Below, one piece after another: positions 54,658 through 64,000 of a stretch of DNA of 64,000 nucleotides. Numbering within the stretch: position 1 is the first letter of the stretch; each line of letters opens with the position of its first letter. This DNA comes from Salinispira sp. Its GTDB lineage: Bacteria; Spirochaetota; Spirochaetia; DSM-27196; Salinispiraceae. The position numbers and the translations under genes were made by a program. The DNA is taken from the NCBI GenBank assembly GCA_965602015.1, contig OZ271918.1, positions 2,592,001 through 2,656,000 of the forward strand. Direction: 5' to 3'. The notes below the pieces were generated by a model that was not told the origin of the DNA, did no database searches, and was given only the letters and a program-made list of their open reading frames with translations.

Positions 54658-56133
54658 TTACGAATAGCTCGCGATGCGATTATTGAAGTCGATAATGAGC
54701 CGGTCAATGCGGGAAGCGCTGTCGTAGATATCCTGCCAATAGCTGCGTTCATACCACTGGCGGTTGAGGTCGGCCATATCCTTTCCCTGCTGCTCGACCC
54801 AGGTGTAGTACTTCAGGTTATGCACCCGCTTCCTCTCCGGATAGGTCAACTCCTGCATCCAGTCCACTCCCACGTCCTGCAGCAGCTGGTAGTCCGCAAG
54901 GGCGTCATCGCGCCGGTAGGAACCCCGTTCCCCGCGAAGTTCCGCGAGGCGGGAGGTATACATCTGCTCCGAGTCGGTAAAAACCGTCATAAGCACATCG
55001 TTCTCATCCATTTCATAATACTTGGCCATTTTGATTACCGTCAGAAGATTGCAAATTCCGCTGATACCCAGGAGCCACAACTGCTCCAGAACTTCGGATT
55101 TTACGCCCCGTTCGCCGAGGTACTTCTGCCCCTCATCCTCGTTAAAAAGCCTCAGCAGCCTCATGCTGGCCTCATCATCCACCGCCACAACCATGTCGGT
55201 ATTTCGAACATTGTGTATCCAGGGCACATGCTTGTCGCCGATTCCCTCGATCCGGTGACCGCCGAACCCGTTGTTCAACAGGGTGGGGCATTGTTGGGCC
55301 TCGCTGACCGCCAGAACCGAGCCGGGAAAGCGGCTTTTCATGTACTCCCCAGATGCGGTGGTCCCCGCCGATCCCGAGCTGATGCCCGCGCCGGCGAAGC
55401 GCTGCCCCGGCTCCGCCAGTCTCAGAAACAGCTTCTCCATTGCCGGTCCGGTGACTTCGTGATGCCACAGGTGATTTCCCAGCTGTTCAAACTGATTAAA
55501 AATAAAGATGGACTCGCCGCGCTGGGCATCGAGTTCATGGCATTTGTCGAAAATTTCCTTCACATTGCTTTCGCAGCCCGGGGTCGCGATGGTCTCGTCA
55601 GCCATGGTTTTAAGCCAGGTGAAGCGCTCGGCCGACATTTCCTCCGGAAGGATGGCGATTGATTTGCAGCCCAAGAGCCGGGAAATATAGGCTCCCCCTC
55701 GGCAGTAATTGCCGGTGGACGGCCAGACCGCCATATTGCGCTCCGGGTCGAACTGACCGGTTATCAGGGTGGGCGCCAGACAGCTGTATGCCGCACCGAC
55801 CTTGTGGGCTCCGGTGGGAAACCAACGTCCCACCAGCGCGATAATCCGTGCCTTGACCCCGCTTATTTCCGGCGGTATTTCTATGTAATTCGGTCCAGCG
55901 TATTCACCGGCTCGCAGGTTCTTGCCCGGGTCCGGGGCGTTTTCCCAGGTGATGCGGAACAGATTCCGGGAATGAACCTCGTCGCGGCCGATTCGGGAAA
56001 GCTGGGAAACGATGTCGCCGGGTATGCTGGAGGGGTCGCGCATCTGAGCGAAGGTGGGGAGTATGATGTTCCGCTCTGCGCATCGCCTGGCATTGCGCTC
56101 AATTTGCTTCTCGTGAAGGCTGAGGTCGATCAT
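54658..56133 (-). CDS. PLP-dependent fold-type II enzyme of unknown specificity
   Basis: FPTGAHKVGA (PLP Lys); PSTGNYCRGG; SGSAGT; HRIEGIGDKH. Confidence 0.85.
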   Translation of the reverse strand: MIDLSLHEKQIERNARRCAERNIILPTFAQMRDPSSIPGDIVSQLSRIGRDEVHSRNLFRITWENAPDPGKNLRAGEYAGPNYIEIPPEISGVKARIIALVGRWFPTGAHKVGAAYSCLAPTLITGQFDPERNMAVWPSTGNYCRGGAYISRLLGCKSIAILPEEMSAERFTWLKTMADETIATPGCESNVKEIFDKCHELDAQRGESIFIFNQFEQLGNHLWHHEVTGPAMEKLFLRLAEPGQRFAGAGISSGSAGTTASGEYMKSRFPGSVLAVSEAQQCPTLLNNGFGGHRIEGIGDKHVPWIHNVRNTDMVVAVDDEASMRLLRLFNEDEGQKYLGERGVKSEVLEQLWLLGISGICNLLTVIKMAKYYEMDENDVLMTVFTDSEQMYTSRLAELRGERGSYRRDDALADYQLLQDVGVDWMQELTYPERKRVHNLKYYTWVEQQGKDMADLNRQWYERSYWQDIYDSASRIDRLIIDFNNRIASYS

Positions 56134-57098
56134 TCTTTGACTCCTAACATTCTCAGGAATTCCTCGAGGCCGTTCAGAGCGACGGCTTTCCGATATGCCG
56201 CGGTGGACCGCTGATCATCAATTGGTCTGATATGGGCTTCGGCAATCCGGCGGGCCGCTCGAATCCCCGCGCCGGCAGCCACCGCTTCCTCGAGCTCAGC
56301 GATGCGTATAACCCGGGGCGCCACCGCGCCGAAGGCGAAGCGGAAATTATCTATCCGGCCGTCGGGTTTCGCACCCCCCGCACGGTTCTGCTCCGCGTCG
56401 GAAAATCCCTCTCGCTGGTCCTTCGAGGGTACTGCCAATCCCGCCAACGCCACCCTGCTCAATGCGTTAGCCCGGCGTGTGCCGGCCTTCCGGTAATAGC
56501 TGTATGGGGCAGGGCCGGCGGGTTCACGGTTCTTTATGGAAGCCTCTTTGGGTACTCCGCCTGTTACGGGCTGCGGCGGGAGGTGAAACAGGGGTATGCG
56601 GATATGTGAGATGATCTCGTCATCGGCCAGCACCGTTCTCCCCGGTCCGGTGGCGAAATCCGTCACAGAAACCGACCGGCTTCCTCCGGGCTTGAGCAGG
56701 GTGAGGGCCGCATCCAGGACTGCCAGGGGGGGAACACTGTCGGCAGCCGGGGAGGCGTTGGCGATATTGCCGCCCAGGGTCGCCCGGTTCCGTATTGCCC
56801 AGGCGGCGTGAAGCTCCAGGGCCTCCAGCAGGGGTGACGGACAATCGGGGTGGCCGATAATGTCGTTGAGGGGTAGCGCTGCTCCGATGACCAGCTCATC
56901 GGCTTCCCGGCGGATGCCGCAGAGTTCGCTAACCCTGTCCAGAAAGAGTATCTCCCCGGGTATACGGTGCCCGGTTCCGGTGTATCCCCGATGTCGCACC
57001 ATCAGATCGGTACCCCCGGCGAAGGGCCGGGCCCCCCGGCCGGCGCGGATTTCCAGGGCCTCGTCGAGGGACCGGGGCCGGTAATACACCTGACTCAT
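56130..57098 (-). CDS. xdhB: Xanthine-dehydrogenase-family FAD-binding subunit
   Basis: [48 protein letters not shown]; start reassigned to ATG 57098. Confidence 0.88.
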   Translation of the reverse strand: MSQVYYRPRSLDEALEIRAGRGARPFAGGTDLMVRHRGYTGTGHRIPGEILFLDRVSELCGIRREADELVIGAALPLNDIIGHPDCPSPLLEALELHAAWAIRNRATLGGNIANASPAADSVPPLAVLDAALTLLKPGGSRSVSVTDFATGPGRTVLADDEIISHIRIPLFHLPPQPVTGGVPKEASIKNREPAGPAPYSYYRKAGTRRANALSRVALAGLAVPSKDQREGFSDAEQNRAGGAKPDGRIDNFRFAFGAVAPRVIRIAELEEAVAAGAGIRAARRIAEAHIRPIDDQRSTAAYRKAVALNGLEEFLRMLGVKE

Positions 57099-57604
57099 AG
57101 CCTGACCTCCGTTCCCTCTTCCCGGATAATTCGGGCCGCAAGCTGTATGCCGTCGACTATCATGTCGTATCCCGTACACCGGCAGATATTGCCGGCAATG
57201 GCGGTCCGAATTTCCTCTTCGCTTGGGTCGGAATTGAGGGTAAGCAGATCCGCGGCGGCCATCATCATCCCCGGAGTGCAAAAGCCGCACTGAGCCGCGT
57301 GGGTCTCGGCAAACGCCCTGCTCAGAATCTTGCCCGCGGGCAGTTCCCTGACACCTTCAATGGTAATAATGCTCGCGCCGTCAGCCAACACTGCGGGAAT
57401 CAGGCAGGAGTTCACCAGCCGGCCGTCGTAAAATACCGAACAGGCCCCACACTCGCCTTCACCGCAGCCCTCCTTGCTTCCCGGGAGCACGGCAATATCC
57501 CTCAATAGATCGAGGAGCCGCAGGCTGGGAGCACAGCTGATTTCCCGGTCCTCCCCGTTTATGCGAACATGCAGGTCTATTTTTTTCCTGACATTCCCGT
57601 TCAT
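57095..57604 (-). CDS. xdhC: Xanthine-dehydrogenase-family 2x[2Fe-2S] subunit
   Basis: [10 protein letters not shown]...[19 protein letters not shown]. Confidence 0.93.
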   Translation of the reverse strand: MNGNVRKKIDLHVRINGEDREISCAPSLRLLDLLRDIAVLPGSKEGCGEGECGACSVFYDGRLVNSCLIPAVLADGASIITIEGVRELPAGKILSRAFAETHAAQCGFCTPGMMMAAADLLTLNSDPSEEEIRTAIAGNICRCTGYDMIVDGIQLAARIIREEGTEVRL

Positions 57605-59913
57605 GAAGCTCCTCCGTTTCCCCCGATGCTTCCCCCGATTTTTCCGCCGGGATGTACCCCGGGATGTACCCCGGGATGTACCCCGGTATTAGCGTCAGAA
57701 GGTCCGCCGGCGGCCAGCTCCATTATCTTCTCGGGACTGAGTGGGATGGCGTGGCAGCTGCGGCCGATGGCCTGCTCGACTGCGGCGGCAAAGGCCGCAT
57801 GACCGCCGTCATGGACTATTTCGCCCATCCCCTTGGCGCCGAAGGGTCCGAACTGATAGGGATTGTCGATGGTTTCGCTGACCGTTCGGGGAAAATCCAG
57901 GCTGGTGGGCACAATGTAGTCCGCCATGCTTACCTGTCGAAAAACCCCCGTTTCATCGGTGTCGAGTTTTTCCAGGTAGGCGTATCCCAGGGCCTGGCTC
58001 ATGCCCCCCTGGATCTGCCCGTGTACCACCCGCTCGTCTATGGGTACTCCCACATCGTACAAGGCCCAGATGCCCGTGGTTTCCACCTCGTAGCTCACCG
58101 GGTCCACCTCTACTTCGACCACATTCACCCCCCAGCCGAAGGCCCCGTAGGCATCTCCGGACAGCAGATTCTGATCCCATTTAAGTCCCGGCGGCATTGA
58201 ATACCGGGCCTCGGTTTCCTGGACCTCGCCGTCCTTCCAGCTGTCCCTCAGTTTCTCCGCCGCCTGCTGGACCAAAAAGCCTACCACCATGATAGTTCTG
58301 CTGGCCACCGTGGGACCGGAATCGGGAACCAGGTCGGTATCCGGATTATCGAAGCGGATGTTTTCCGGTTCGATTCCCAGGATGATGCCGGCGATTTTCC
58401 GGAATGTGGTCTTCGGTCCCTGGCCCATATCAATTGATGCCACCAGGATGGATACCTCTCCCTTGGCGCTCTTGCGGATTTTCACCCGGCCCTTGATGAT
58501 GGCCTGTTCGCCGTCGCCGGTGAATCCGCAGCCGTGGACGAACATGGACATTCCGATGCCCTTCATTTTGCCCCCGCTGCCCGCCGGGGCGTCGGCGACG
58601 GAATCCCGGAGCATACGCCGGGAGTTTTGATACTGCGCCCGTTTGACGTCGTAATCCGAAAGCTGGCGGATGCGGTCAATAAGCTGGTCGAGGATTATTT
58701 CATCGCGCATCATGCCTCCGGTGACCGTGGGGTCTCCCTGTCTGAGAAACAGCGGACGGCGAAGGGCCAGGGGCTCGACGCCGAGCCGGGAGGCGATGTA
58801 ATCCATGTGGCGCTCAAGGGCGAAAATCGCCTGGGGCGCCCCGAAACCCCGGAAGGCTCCCGACGGAACCGTGCTGGTAGCCACGCCCCTGCCGTGGATG
58901 CGCACCGCGGGGAAATTATACACCCCGGTGCAGGTGAACATGGCCCTTTGAAGTACGATGAGGGTATAGCTCTCGTAGGCCCCTCCGTCCAGCAGGATTT
59001 CATAATCCATGGCGAGGATGCGGCCCTGGCCGTCGACGGCGCTGCGGATTTTGATTCGGGAAGGATGGCGCTTGCTGGTATACAGCAGATCTTCGCTGCG
59101 GTCGAAGACGCAGTGCAGCGCCCTCCCCTGCGCAAGGGCAGCCACCGCCAGGGGAGCTCCCATAATTTCCGGATAATCTTCCTTCCCCCCGAAGCCCCCG
59201 CCGGTTGTCGCCTGAACTGCCTGCACCTCGTACGCTTCACCCAGAACGTGCTGTACAGCATGCTTCACATAAAAAGGGCACTGCATGGACCCGTGCACCT
59301 TCACCTTGGAACAGTTGTCCAGCGGGGTGACCACCAGTCCCTGGGGTTCCATGTACATCTGCTCTTGAAATCCCGTCTCGTAGCTTCCCTCGATAATGCG
59401 GTCAGCTTTTGCAAAGGCGGCTTCGACGTCGCCCTTTTTCACCGTCAGGTCTGCGTAGATATTGTCTTCCCCGTGGATAGGACCGCCCACGCAATCCAGT
59501 CCCGCGTCCAGACCGATGGCCGTCGGTAATTCGTCGCAGACCAGTTCAAAACGGGTTAACAGTTCGTCGAGAATCACCGGATCCGGACCCGCCAGCACAC
59601 CGATTATCTGGCCGCGATAACGGACTTCGTCCTCGGCGAATGCCGGCCAGTCGCTTTTGATCAAGGCGATGCGGTTGGTCCCGGTCACCGCCGATCGGTC
59701 GGTATACTCGTATCCCTCGGGCAGCTCGGGTATGCGGATTTCCCGTATCTTCCCCCGACTCACCGGGGACCGGAAAAATCGGGCATGCACCAGCCCTTCC
59801 CGGGAGAAATCGTCGATGTAGGGCTCCCGGCCTTCGGCCTTGTCAACCGCATCAATGCGGGGGATGCTCCTGGATATCTGCGCCCGCTGTTTCACGGGAT
59901 CAGGTTTTGTCAT
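57601..59913 (-). CDS. xdhA: Xanthine-dehydrogenase-family molybdopterin-binding subunit
   Basis: GGGFGGKE; KRHP; AFRGFG; DMGQG; TVASR; GAKGMGE. Confidence 0.92.
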   Translation of the reverse strand: MTKPDPVKQRAQISRSIPRIDAVDKAEGREPYIDDFSREGLVHARFFRSPVSRGKIREIRIPELPEGYEYTDRSAVTGTNRIALIKSDWPAFAEDEVRYRGQIIGVLAGPDPVILDELLTRFELVCDELPTAIGLDAGLDCVGGPIHGEDNIYADLTVKKGDVEAAFAKADRIIEGSYETGFQEQMYMEPQGLVVTPLDNCSKVKVHGSMQCPFYVKHAVQHVLGEAYEVQAVQATTGGGFGGKEDYPEIMGAPLAVAALAQGRALHCVFDRSEDLLYTSKRHPSRIKIRSAVDGQGRILAMDYEILLDGGAYESYTLIVLQRAMFTCTGVYNFPAVRIHGRGVATSTVPSGAFRGFGAPQAIFALERHMDYIASRLGVEPLALRRPLFLRQGDPTVTGGMMRDEIILDQLIDRIRQLSDYDVKRAQYQNSRRMLRDSVADAPAGSGGKMKGIGMSMFVHGCGFTGDGEQAIIKGRVKIRKSAKGEVSILVASIDMGQGPKTTFRKIAGIILGIEPENIRFDNPDTDLVPDSGPTVASRTIMVVGFLVQQAAEKLRDSWKDGEVQETEARYSMPPGLKWDQNLLSGDAYGAFGWGVNVVEVEVDPVSYEVETTGIWALYDVGVPIDERVVHGQIQGGMSQALGYAYLEKLDTDETGVFRQVSMADYIVPTSLDFPRTVSETIDNPYQFGPFGAKGMGEIVHDGGHAAFAAAVEQAIGRSCHAIPLSPEKIMELAAGGPSDANTGVHPGVHPGVHPGGKIGGSIGGNGGAS
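57647..57686. repeat. In-frame 12-bp tandem repeat (GVHP x3) in the xdhA tail
   Basis: CCGGGATGTACC x3.3. Confidence 0.9.
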
Positions 59914-61073
59914 AGTTCAAGCCCCTTCGCAGCGGAATCGATATCTTTCAGACCGCTGCCGGTAATCAAGATGACTACCCGTTCACTTTTACCTAGTTCT
60001 TCCCTCATGGACAGGTATCCCGCCCAGGCCGCCGCCGCCGACGGCTCGGCAAATGCTCCGGCGAGAGAAGCCAGCTCCCGCTGGGCCGAGAGAATTTCCC
60101 CGTCGCTGACGGTGAGCATTCGGCCCCGGTGCTTGCGAAGTTTGGCAAGGGCAAGGCAGCCCGCCTGGGGGAGCTCCACGGAAATCGAATCCGCCAGGGT
60201 GGTACAGGCCCGGCGCTGGGTAAAATCTCCGTCCTGCCACGCCCTGGTGATAGCCGACGAGCCCTCGGCCTGGACGCCGACTATCCGGGGCACCCGGTCG
60301 GAAAGACCGAGGACCATCAGGTCTTCAAAACCTTTGTACAGCCCTGAAAGTATCACCCCGTCCCCCACGGGTAAGAAAACCGTGTCTGGAATGCCGATTT
60401 GGGCGGCGAGTTCGAAACTGACGGTTTTTTTCCCTTCTGTGGTAAGGGGATTGTAGCCAGTGTTCCTGGAGAGAGCTCCGCTGCTTTGGATATACTCGAG
60501 GGACCGGGCAAACGCATCGTCATATGTCCCCTCAACCAGCTGGAGGCGGGCGCCGTATTGGGCTGCCTGGACGATTTTTCCCTTCGGGGCCGAGGCCGGG
60601 AGAAAGAGGGTAACTTCAAGACCTGCGGCCGCGCCGATGCAGGCCATGGATGACCCGGCGTTGCCCGTTGATGCCAGGGCAATTTCACCGATACCGTGAT
60701 ACGCCGCCTGGGCGGCTACCAGATAGCTGGCCCGGTCTTTCAGCGAACCGGAAGGCATGGACGCCTCGTACTTTATCCACAAATCAGCCTGGGAGTAGCG
60801 GCTGCGAAGCCGCTTCGCCGGCCAGACCGGAGTATCCGGCAGGGGAATATCCGGAAAAAAACCCGAGGGCACCGGCAGACAGCCGTTGGCACGCCAGTCG
60901 GATCCGGCGGGTAAGGTATCTGCGGGCTCTGGAATCATTTCCACTTCCAGAATGCCCTTCGGGGGCCGGCCTGCTTCCAGGCCTGCGTCGGGGGAACAAT
61001 GCCCGCAGAGCATCACCAGGGAGTCGACGGGCCAGCTGGCCCCGCAATTGTTGCAGCGCAGGCGAAAATTCAT
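59910..61073 (-). CDS. Threonine-synthase-like PLP enzyme with an N-terminal zinc ribbon
   Basis: CxxC...CxxC; SGSLKDRAS; ASTGNAG; EGKKT; PVGDG; ITGSGLKD. Confidence 0.88.
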   Translation of the reverse strand: MNFRLRCNNCGASWPVDSLVMLCGHCSPDAGLEAGRPPKGILEVEMIPEPADTLPAGSDWRANGCLPVPSGFFPDIPLPDTPVWPAKRLRSRYSQADLWIKYEASMPSGSLKDRASYLVAAQAAYHGIGEIALASTGNAGSSMACIGAAAGLEVTLFLPASAPKGKIVQAAQYGARLQLVEGTYDDAFARSLEYIQSSGALSRNTGYNPLTTEGKKTVSFELAAQIGIPDTVFLPVGDGVILSGLYKGFEDLMVLGLSDRVPRIVGVQAEGSSAITRAWQDGDFTQRRACTTLADSISVELPQAGCLALAKLRKHRGRMLTVSDGEILSAQRELASLAGAFAEPSAAAAWAGYLSMREELGKSERVVILITGSGLKDIDSAAKGLEL

Positions 61074-61076
61074 TTG

Positions 61077-62306
61077 TCAGCCGACCTCCAATGCCAAAGG
61101 CAGGGCGGCGTAGAACGCAGAGCAAATTTCCAGGTCAGCCACTCGGTTGATTTCATTAGGCGCGTGGGCCTGATTCTCGTCTCCGGGTCCGAAACCCACA
61201 GCCGGTATTCCGTGGCGTCCGGTGGTGGCTACCAGATTCGTCGAGAAGGTCCACTTGTCCACAACCGGTTCGTCGTCAAAGAGGCTGCGGTAAGCGGAAA
61301 CCGCAGAGCGGACAATCTGATGATCCTCGTCGATTTTCCAGGTGGGAAAGTACAACTCCTGGCCGTAGTCCGCGTCCTTCCAGCCCCGTTTTTCGTACCT
61401 CGGCATGCGCACGTCGATATCCGCCGGGTCGTCGTCGGTGGCATCGGCCACCCGACTTCGCACCTGTGAGATCGCGGATTCGGCCGTCTCGCCCCAGGTG
61501 AGGCGGCGGTCGAGGTAGAGCATGGCGGTATCGGGCACAGCGCACTGGCTGGGACCGGCGACCTTCATCTGGGAAACCACGATGCTGCCCTTTCCGAGGA
61601 AATTCTCATCATCGGGCTGGAGTTCTTCATTCAGTTTTTCCAGAGCCAGGGCCGCTCGGGAGGCCTTGTATGCCGCGCTCACTCCCCGTTCGGGAGCCGA
61701 ACCGTGGGCCGAAAGCCCCTTTAGCCGCAGCTCCATCTCCATCCGCCCACGGTGACCGCGGTAGATCCGGCAACTGGTCGGTTCGGTGGAGACCACAAAG
61801 TCGGGCTTCAGCCCCTCTTCCTCAATGAGGTACTTCCAGCACATGCCGTCGCAATCTTCTTCCATGACCGTAAAGGTGAAATAGACCGCAAAGGGCCCGC
61901 GGTAACCCGACTCGCTTAGCATCCGGGCTGCGGTAATCATGGCTGCCGCGCCTCCCTTCTGATCGCTGGTTCCCCGGCCGTGCACCAACCCGTCCGCCAC
62001 ATGCCCGGAGAAGGGATCAAAGTCCCACTGGCTAACATCGCCGGTTTCCACCGTGTCGATATGCGCGTCAAAGGCGATGCTTTTATCCCCGTCCCCGACT
62101 TTTAAAATCAGGCTGCCCAATCCGTCTATCCGGTAGTCGTTCAGCTTGTTTTCATCCAGGATGGCTGCGATTTCCCGGATCACCGCCTCTTCCTGTCCGG
62201 AGTAACTCTTCACCTTCACGATGCGGCTGAGAACGTCTGCGCTGAAATCCCGGTAGGCCGCGGCCTGCTTTTTGAACTCCCCTATTCGCATCTCATGTTG
62301 TTCCAT
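61077..62306 (-). CDS. ygeY: YgeY-family M20 hydrolase
   Basis: DAHIDTV; GRGTSDQKGG; MEEDCDG; HGSAPERG; DRRLTWGET; KWTFSTN. Confidence 0.93.
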   Translation of the reverse strand: MEQHEMRIGEFKKQAAAYRDFSADVLSRIVKVKSYSGQEEAVIREIAAILDENKLNDYRIDGLGSLILKVGDGDKSIAFDAHIDTVETGDVSQWDFDPFSGHVADGLVHGRGTSDQKGGAAAMITAARMLSESGYRGPFAVYFTFTVMEEDCDGMCWKYLIEEEGLKPDFVVSTEPTSCRIYRGHRGRMEMELRLKGLSAHGSAPERGVSAAYKASRAALALEKLNEELQPDDENFLGKGSIVVSQMKVAGPSQCAVPDTAMLYLDRRLTWGETAESAISQVRSRVADATDDDPADIDVRMPRYEKRGWKDADYGQELYFPTWKIDEDHQIVRSAVSAYRSLFDDEPVVDKWTFSTNLVATTGRHGIPAVGFGPGDENQAHAPNEINRVADLEICSAFYAALPLALEVG

Positions 62307-62340
62307 TCCTCAGTTCTCCTTGTGTAGTTCAATGGGCTTC

Positions 62341-63822
62341 TTACGGCCTGATGCCGTTGATTTTTTTCCAGACTTCCCCGGCGCGTTCTGCGGCCTCTGC
62401 GTAGACCGCCTTCTCATCAAAGGGGAAATGCCGCCCCTCCATGACCAGGACGCCGTTGATAATGACACTGTCCACGCTGGAGGATCCCATTCCAAAAGCC
62501 AGGTGACCGGCAAAATTTCCCGCATCAAGAGGCGCCGGACTGGCGTAATCCAGTATGGCGATGTCCGCCGCATATCCCGGAGCGATGCGACCGAATTTCC
62601 CGCCGAAAATCCTCTCGAGAATCTCGTTTCCCCCGCCGAGCATGGAGATCATGTCTCCGGGAAACCACGGACCCCCGGCGTCCCGGTGCTTAAACGCGGC
62701 GAATTTGAATTCCTCGAACATATCTGCCCCGATGCCGTCGGTCCCGAGTCCGAGATTGCGGAATTTCGGCAGTTTGGCGTTGTAACCCACGGAGTTATTC
62801 ATGTTGGATCGGGGATTATGAGCCAGGAAGGTATCGCTGTCGTTAATCAAATCGATTTCATGATCTTCAAGAAACAGTCCGTGAACCAGAATGCTTTTTG
62901 GACCCAGCAGCCCGAAATCCCCCAGGCGGGGGATAAGATCTTTGCGGTGAACCGCGTGGGAATGGGCCGGGTCATAGCGGTCTTCGGCCACATGGCAGTG
63001 AAATCCGCTGCCGCTGGCCTGGCAGAGATCGCCCAAACGGCGCAGGGCCTCATCCGGCAGGGTGAACGGCGCGTGACCTCCGATGTGGCTGCGGACCGCC
63101 GGTCCCCGCCGTCCCGCTGCGGCAAATGAGGCGGTTTTTTCAGCGAATCGGGCGTTTTCCTCAATGCCCAGTTCCATTCCCTCAACGCCGTTCCGGTCGC
63201 TGACCTCGTAGCAGCTGGCCCCTCTCAAGCCGGTGGTAATAAAGCCGTCGGCGATGGCGTCCAGGCTTCCCATGATAAAATTCGGCGACGAATGATGGTC
63301 GATCACCGCGGTGGTGCCCGCGCGGATGGCGTCCATCGAGCAAATCAGGGATGAAAGCCTGATATCCTCTTCATCGAGGGCCCGATCCATGCGCCACCAC
63401 AGCTGAGCGAGAATGGACGGGAAGTCGGGGGTCGCACCGATATCCGCCACGATTCCCCGGGCAAGCCCCGAGTAGTAATGGTGATGGCTGCAGACCATGC
63501 CGGGAATCACCAGTTTCCCGGCGGCGTCGATTATTCTGACCTCCGGGTTTGAAGCCCCTTTCGCGGAGGATGGGTTCGCGCCAGGGCCCAGCGCGGTGAC
63601 CGCTGCCCGGCCCGGCGGTGAACCCGCCGCTGTTTCAGCCGCATCGCCGGCTGATGAACCCGGCGCCGTACCCGATGGATTGCCCTGCTGACCGGCGTCC
63701 AGGGGGACCTCGCCCGCCGGGGCCACCGATTCGATTTCACCGCCGTTGATAATTATGTCGTAATGCTCAAGGGCTTCGCCGTGAAAGGGGTTGAGTATCC
63801 GCGCATTGTGAATTCTGATCAT
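62341..63822 (-). CDS. ssnA: SsnA-family aminohydrolase
   Basis: CSHHHYYSGLARG; LWWRMDRAL; IDHHSSP; GGHAPFTL; HNPRSNMNN.VGY; LGTDGIG. Confidence 0.92.
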   Translation of the reverse strand: MIRIHNARILNPFHGEALEHYDIIINGGEIESVAPAGEVPLDAGQQGNPSGTAPGSSAGDAAETAAGSPPGRAAVTALGPGANPSSAKGASNPEVRIIDAAGKLVIPGMVCSHHHYYSGLARGIVADIGATPDFPSILAQLWWRMDRALDEEDIRLSSLICSMDAIRAGTTAVIDHHSSPNFIMGSLDAIADGFITTGLRGASCYEVSDRNGVEGMELGIEENARFAEKTASFAAAGRRGPAVRSHIGGHAPFTLPDEALRRLGDLCQASGSGFHCHVAEDRYDPAHSHAVHRKDLIPRLGDFGLLGPKSILVHGLFLEDHEIDLINDSDTFLAHNPRSNMNNSVGYNAKLPKFRNLGLGTDGIGADMFEEFKFAAFKHRDAGGPWFPGDMISMLGGGNEILERIFGGKFGRIAPGYAADIAILDYASPAPLDAGNFAGHLAFGMGSSSVDSVIINGVLVMEGRHFPFDEKAVYAEAAERAGEVWKKINGIRP

Positions 63823-63998
63823 GGCAATACCTCCCCGCTGGCTTTGCCGTAGGAAAACAGTTCGGGTCTGGTCGCCCTGAGCCGGGTAAAAATCATGTCA
63901 AACTGACGGCGCTCAGTGCTGATTCCGCTCCCCGCTGCATATGATTCGCTCACCTCGGGGCTTTCCGGCGGACGGCGGCGGGAAACACCCCCAAAACG
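63819..63998 (-). CDS. 3' end of an upstream gene, partial (possibly YgfK by context)
   Basis: Open frame ending ...IFTRLRATRPELFSYGKASGEVLP* with ATGA overlap onto ssnA; identity inferred only from the usual ygfK-ssnA order. Confidence 0.45.
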   Translation of the reverse strand, partial: RFGGVSRRRPPESPEVSESYAAGSGISTERRQFDMIFTRLRATRPELFSYGKASGEVLP

Positions 63999-64000
63999 CT

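Noticed and set aside
48052..63998. Selenocysteine read-through in the purine cluster
   Set aside because: Each enzyme is full length, and the TGA stops fall at gene ends, mostly overlapping the next start

Overview
Bacterial chromosomal window, probably from an anaerobic free-living spirochaete (inferred only from the style of the lipoproteins, solute-binding proteins and MCP). From left to right it holds: a NarL-type two-component pair; a pullulanase lipoprotein; an AT-rich three-gene island whose first gene resembles a bacterial gasdermin but has no neighbouring protease; a CHASE-GGDEF cyclase; and an oppABCDF operon. An accessory or detoxification zone follows, with a rhodanese, TetR/MarR modules with visible operators, a VOC protein, two HEAT-repeat alkylation-repair proteins, an IS3/IS51-group element with an adjacent deletion, gene remnants, a YehZYXW-like ABC transporter and oxidoreductases. 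Next come an MCP; a cyanophycinase-lipoprotein/YfcC locus in which YfcC is fused to three copies of an unnamed extracytoplasmic domain; a tandem hemerythrin; and sbtAB with a LysR regulator. The last ~16 kb is an anaerobic purine-catabolism cluster (ssnA, ygeY, xdhABC-like, ygfM/xdhD, ygeW and two PLP enzymes) that runs off the right edge. The best candidates for undescribed systems are the protease-less gasdermin-like island (4.9-7.3 kb) and the cyanophycinase/YfcC-repeat-fusion locus (35.9-40.9 kb). No rRNA, tRNA or CRISPR array was recognised. All family calls are from motifs read by eye; no database search was run.
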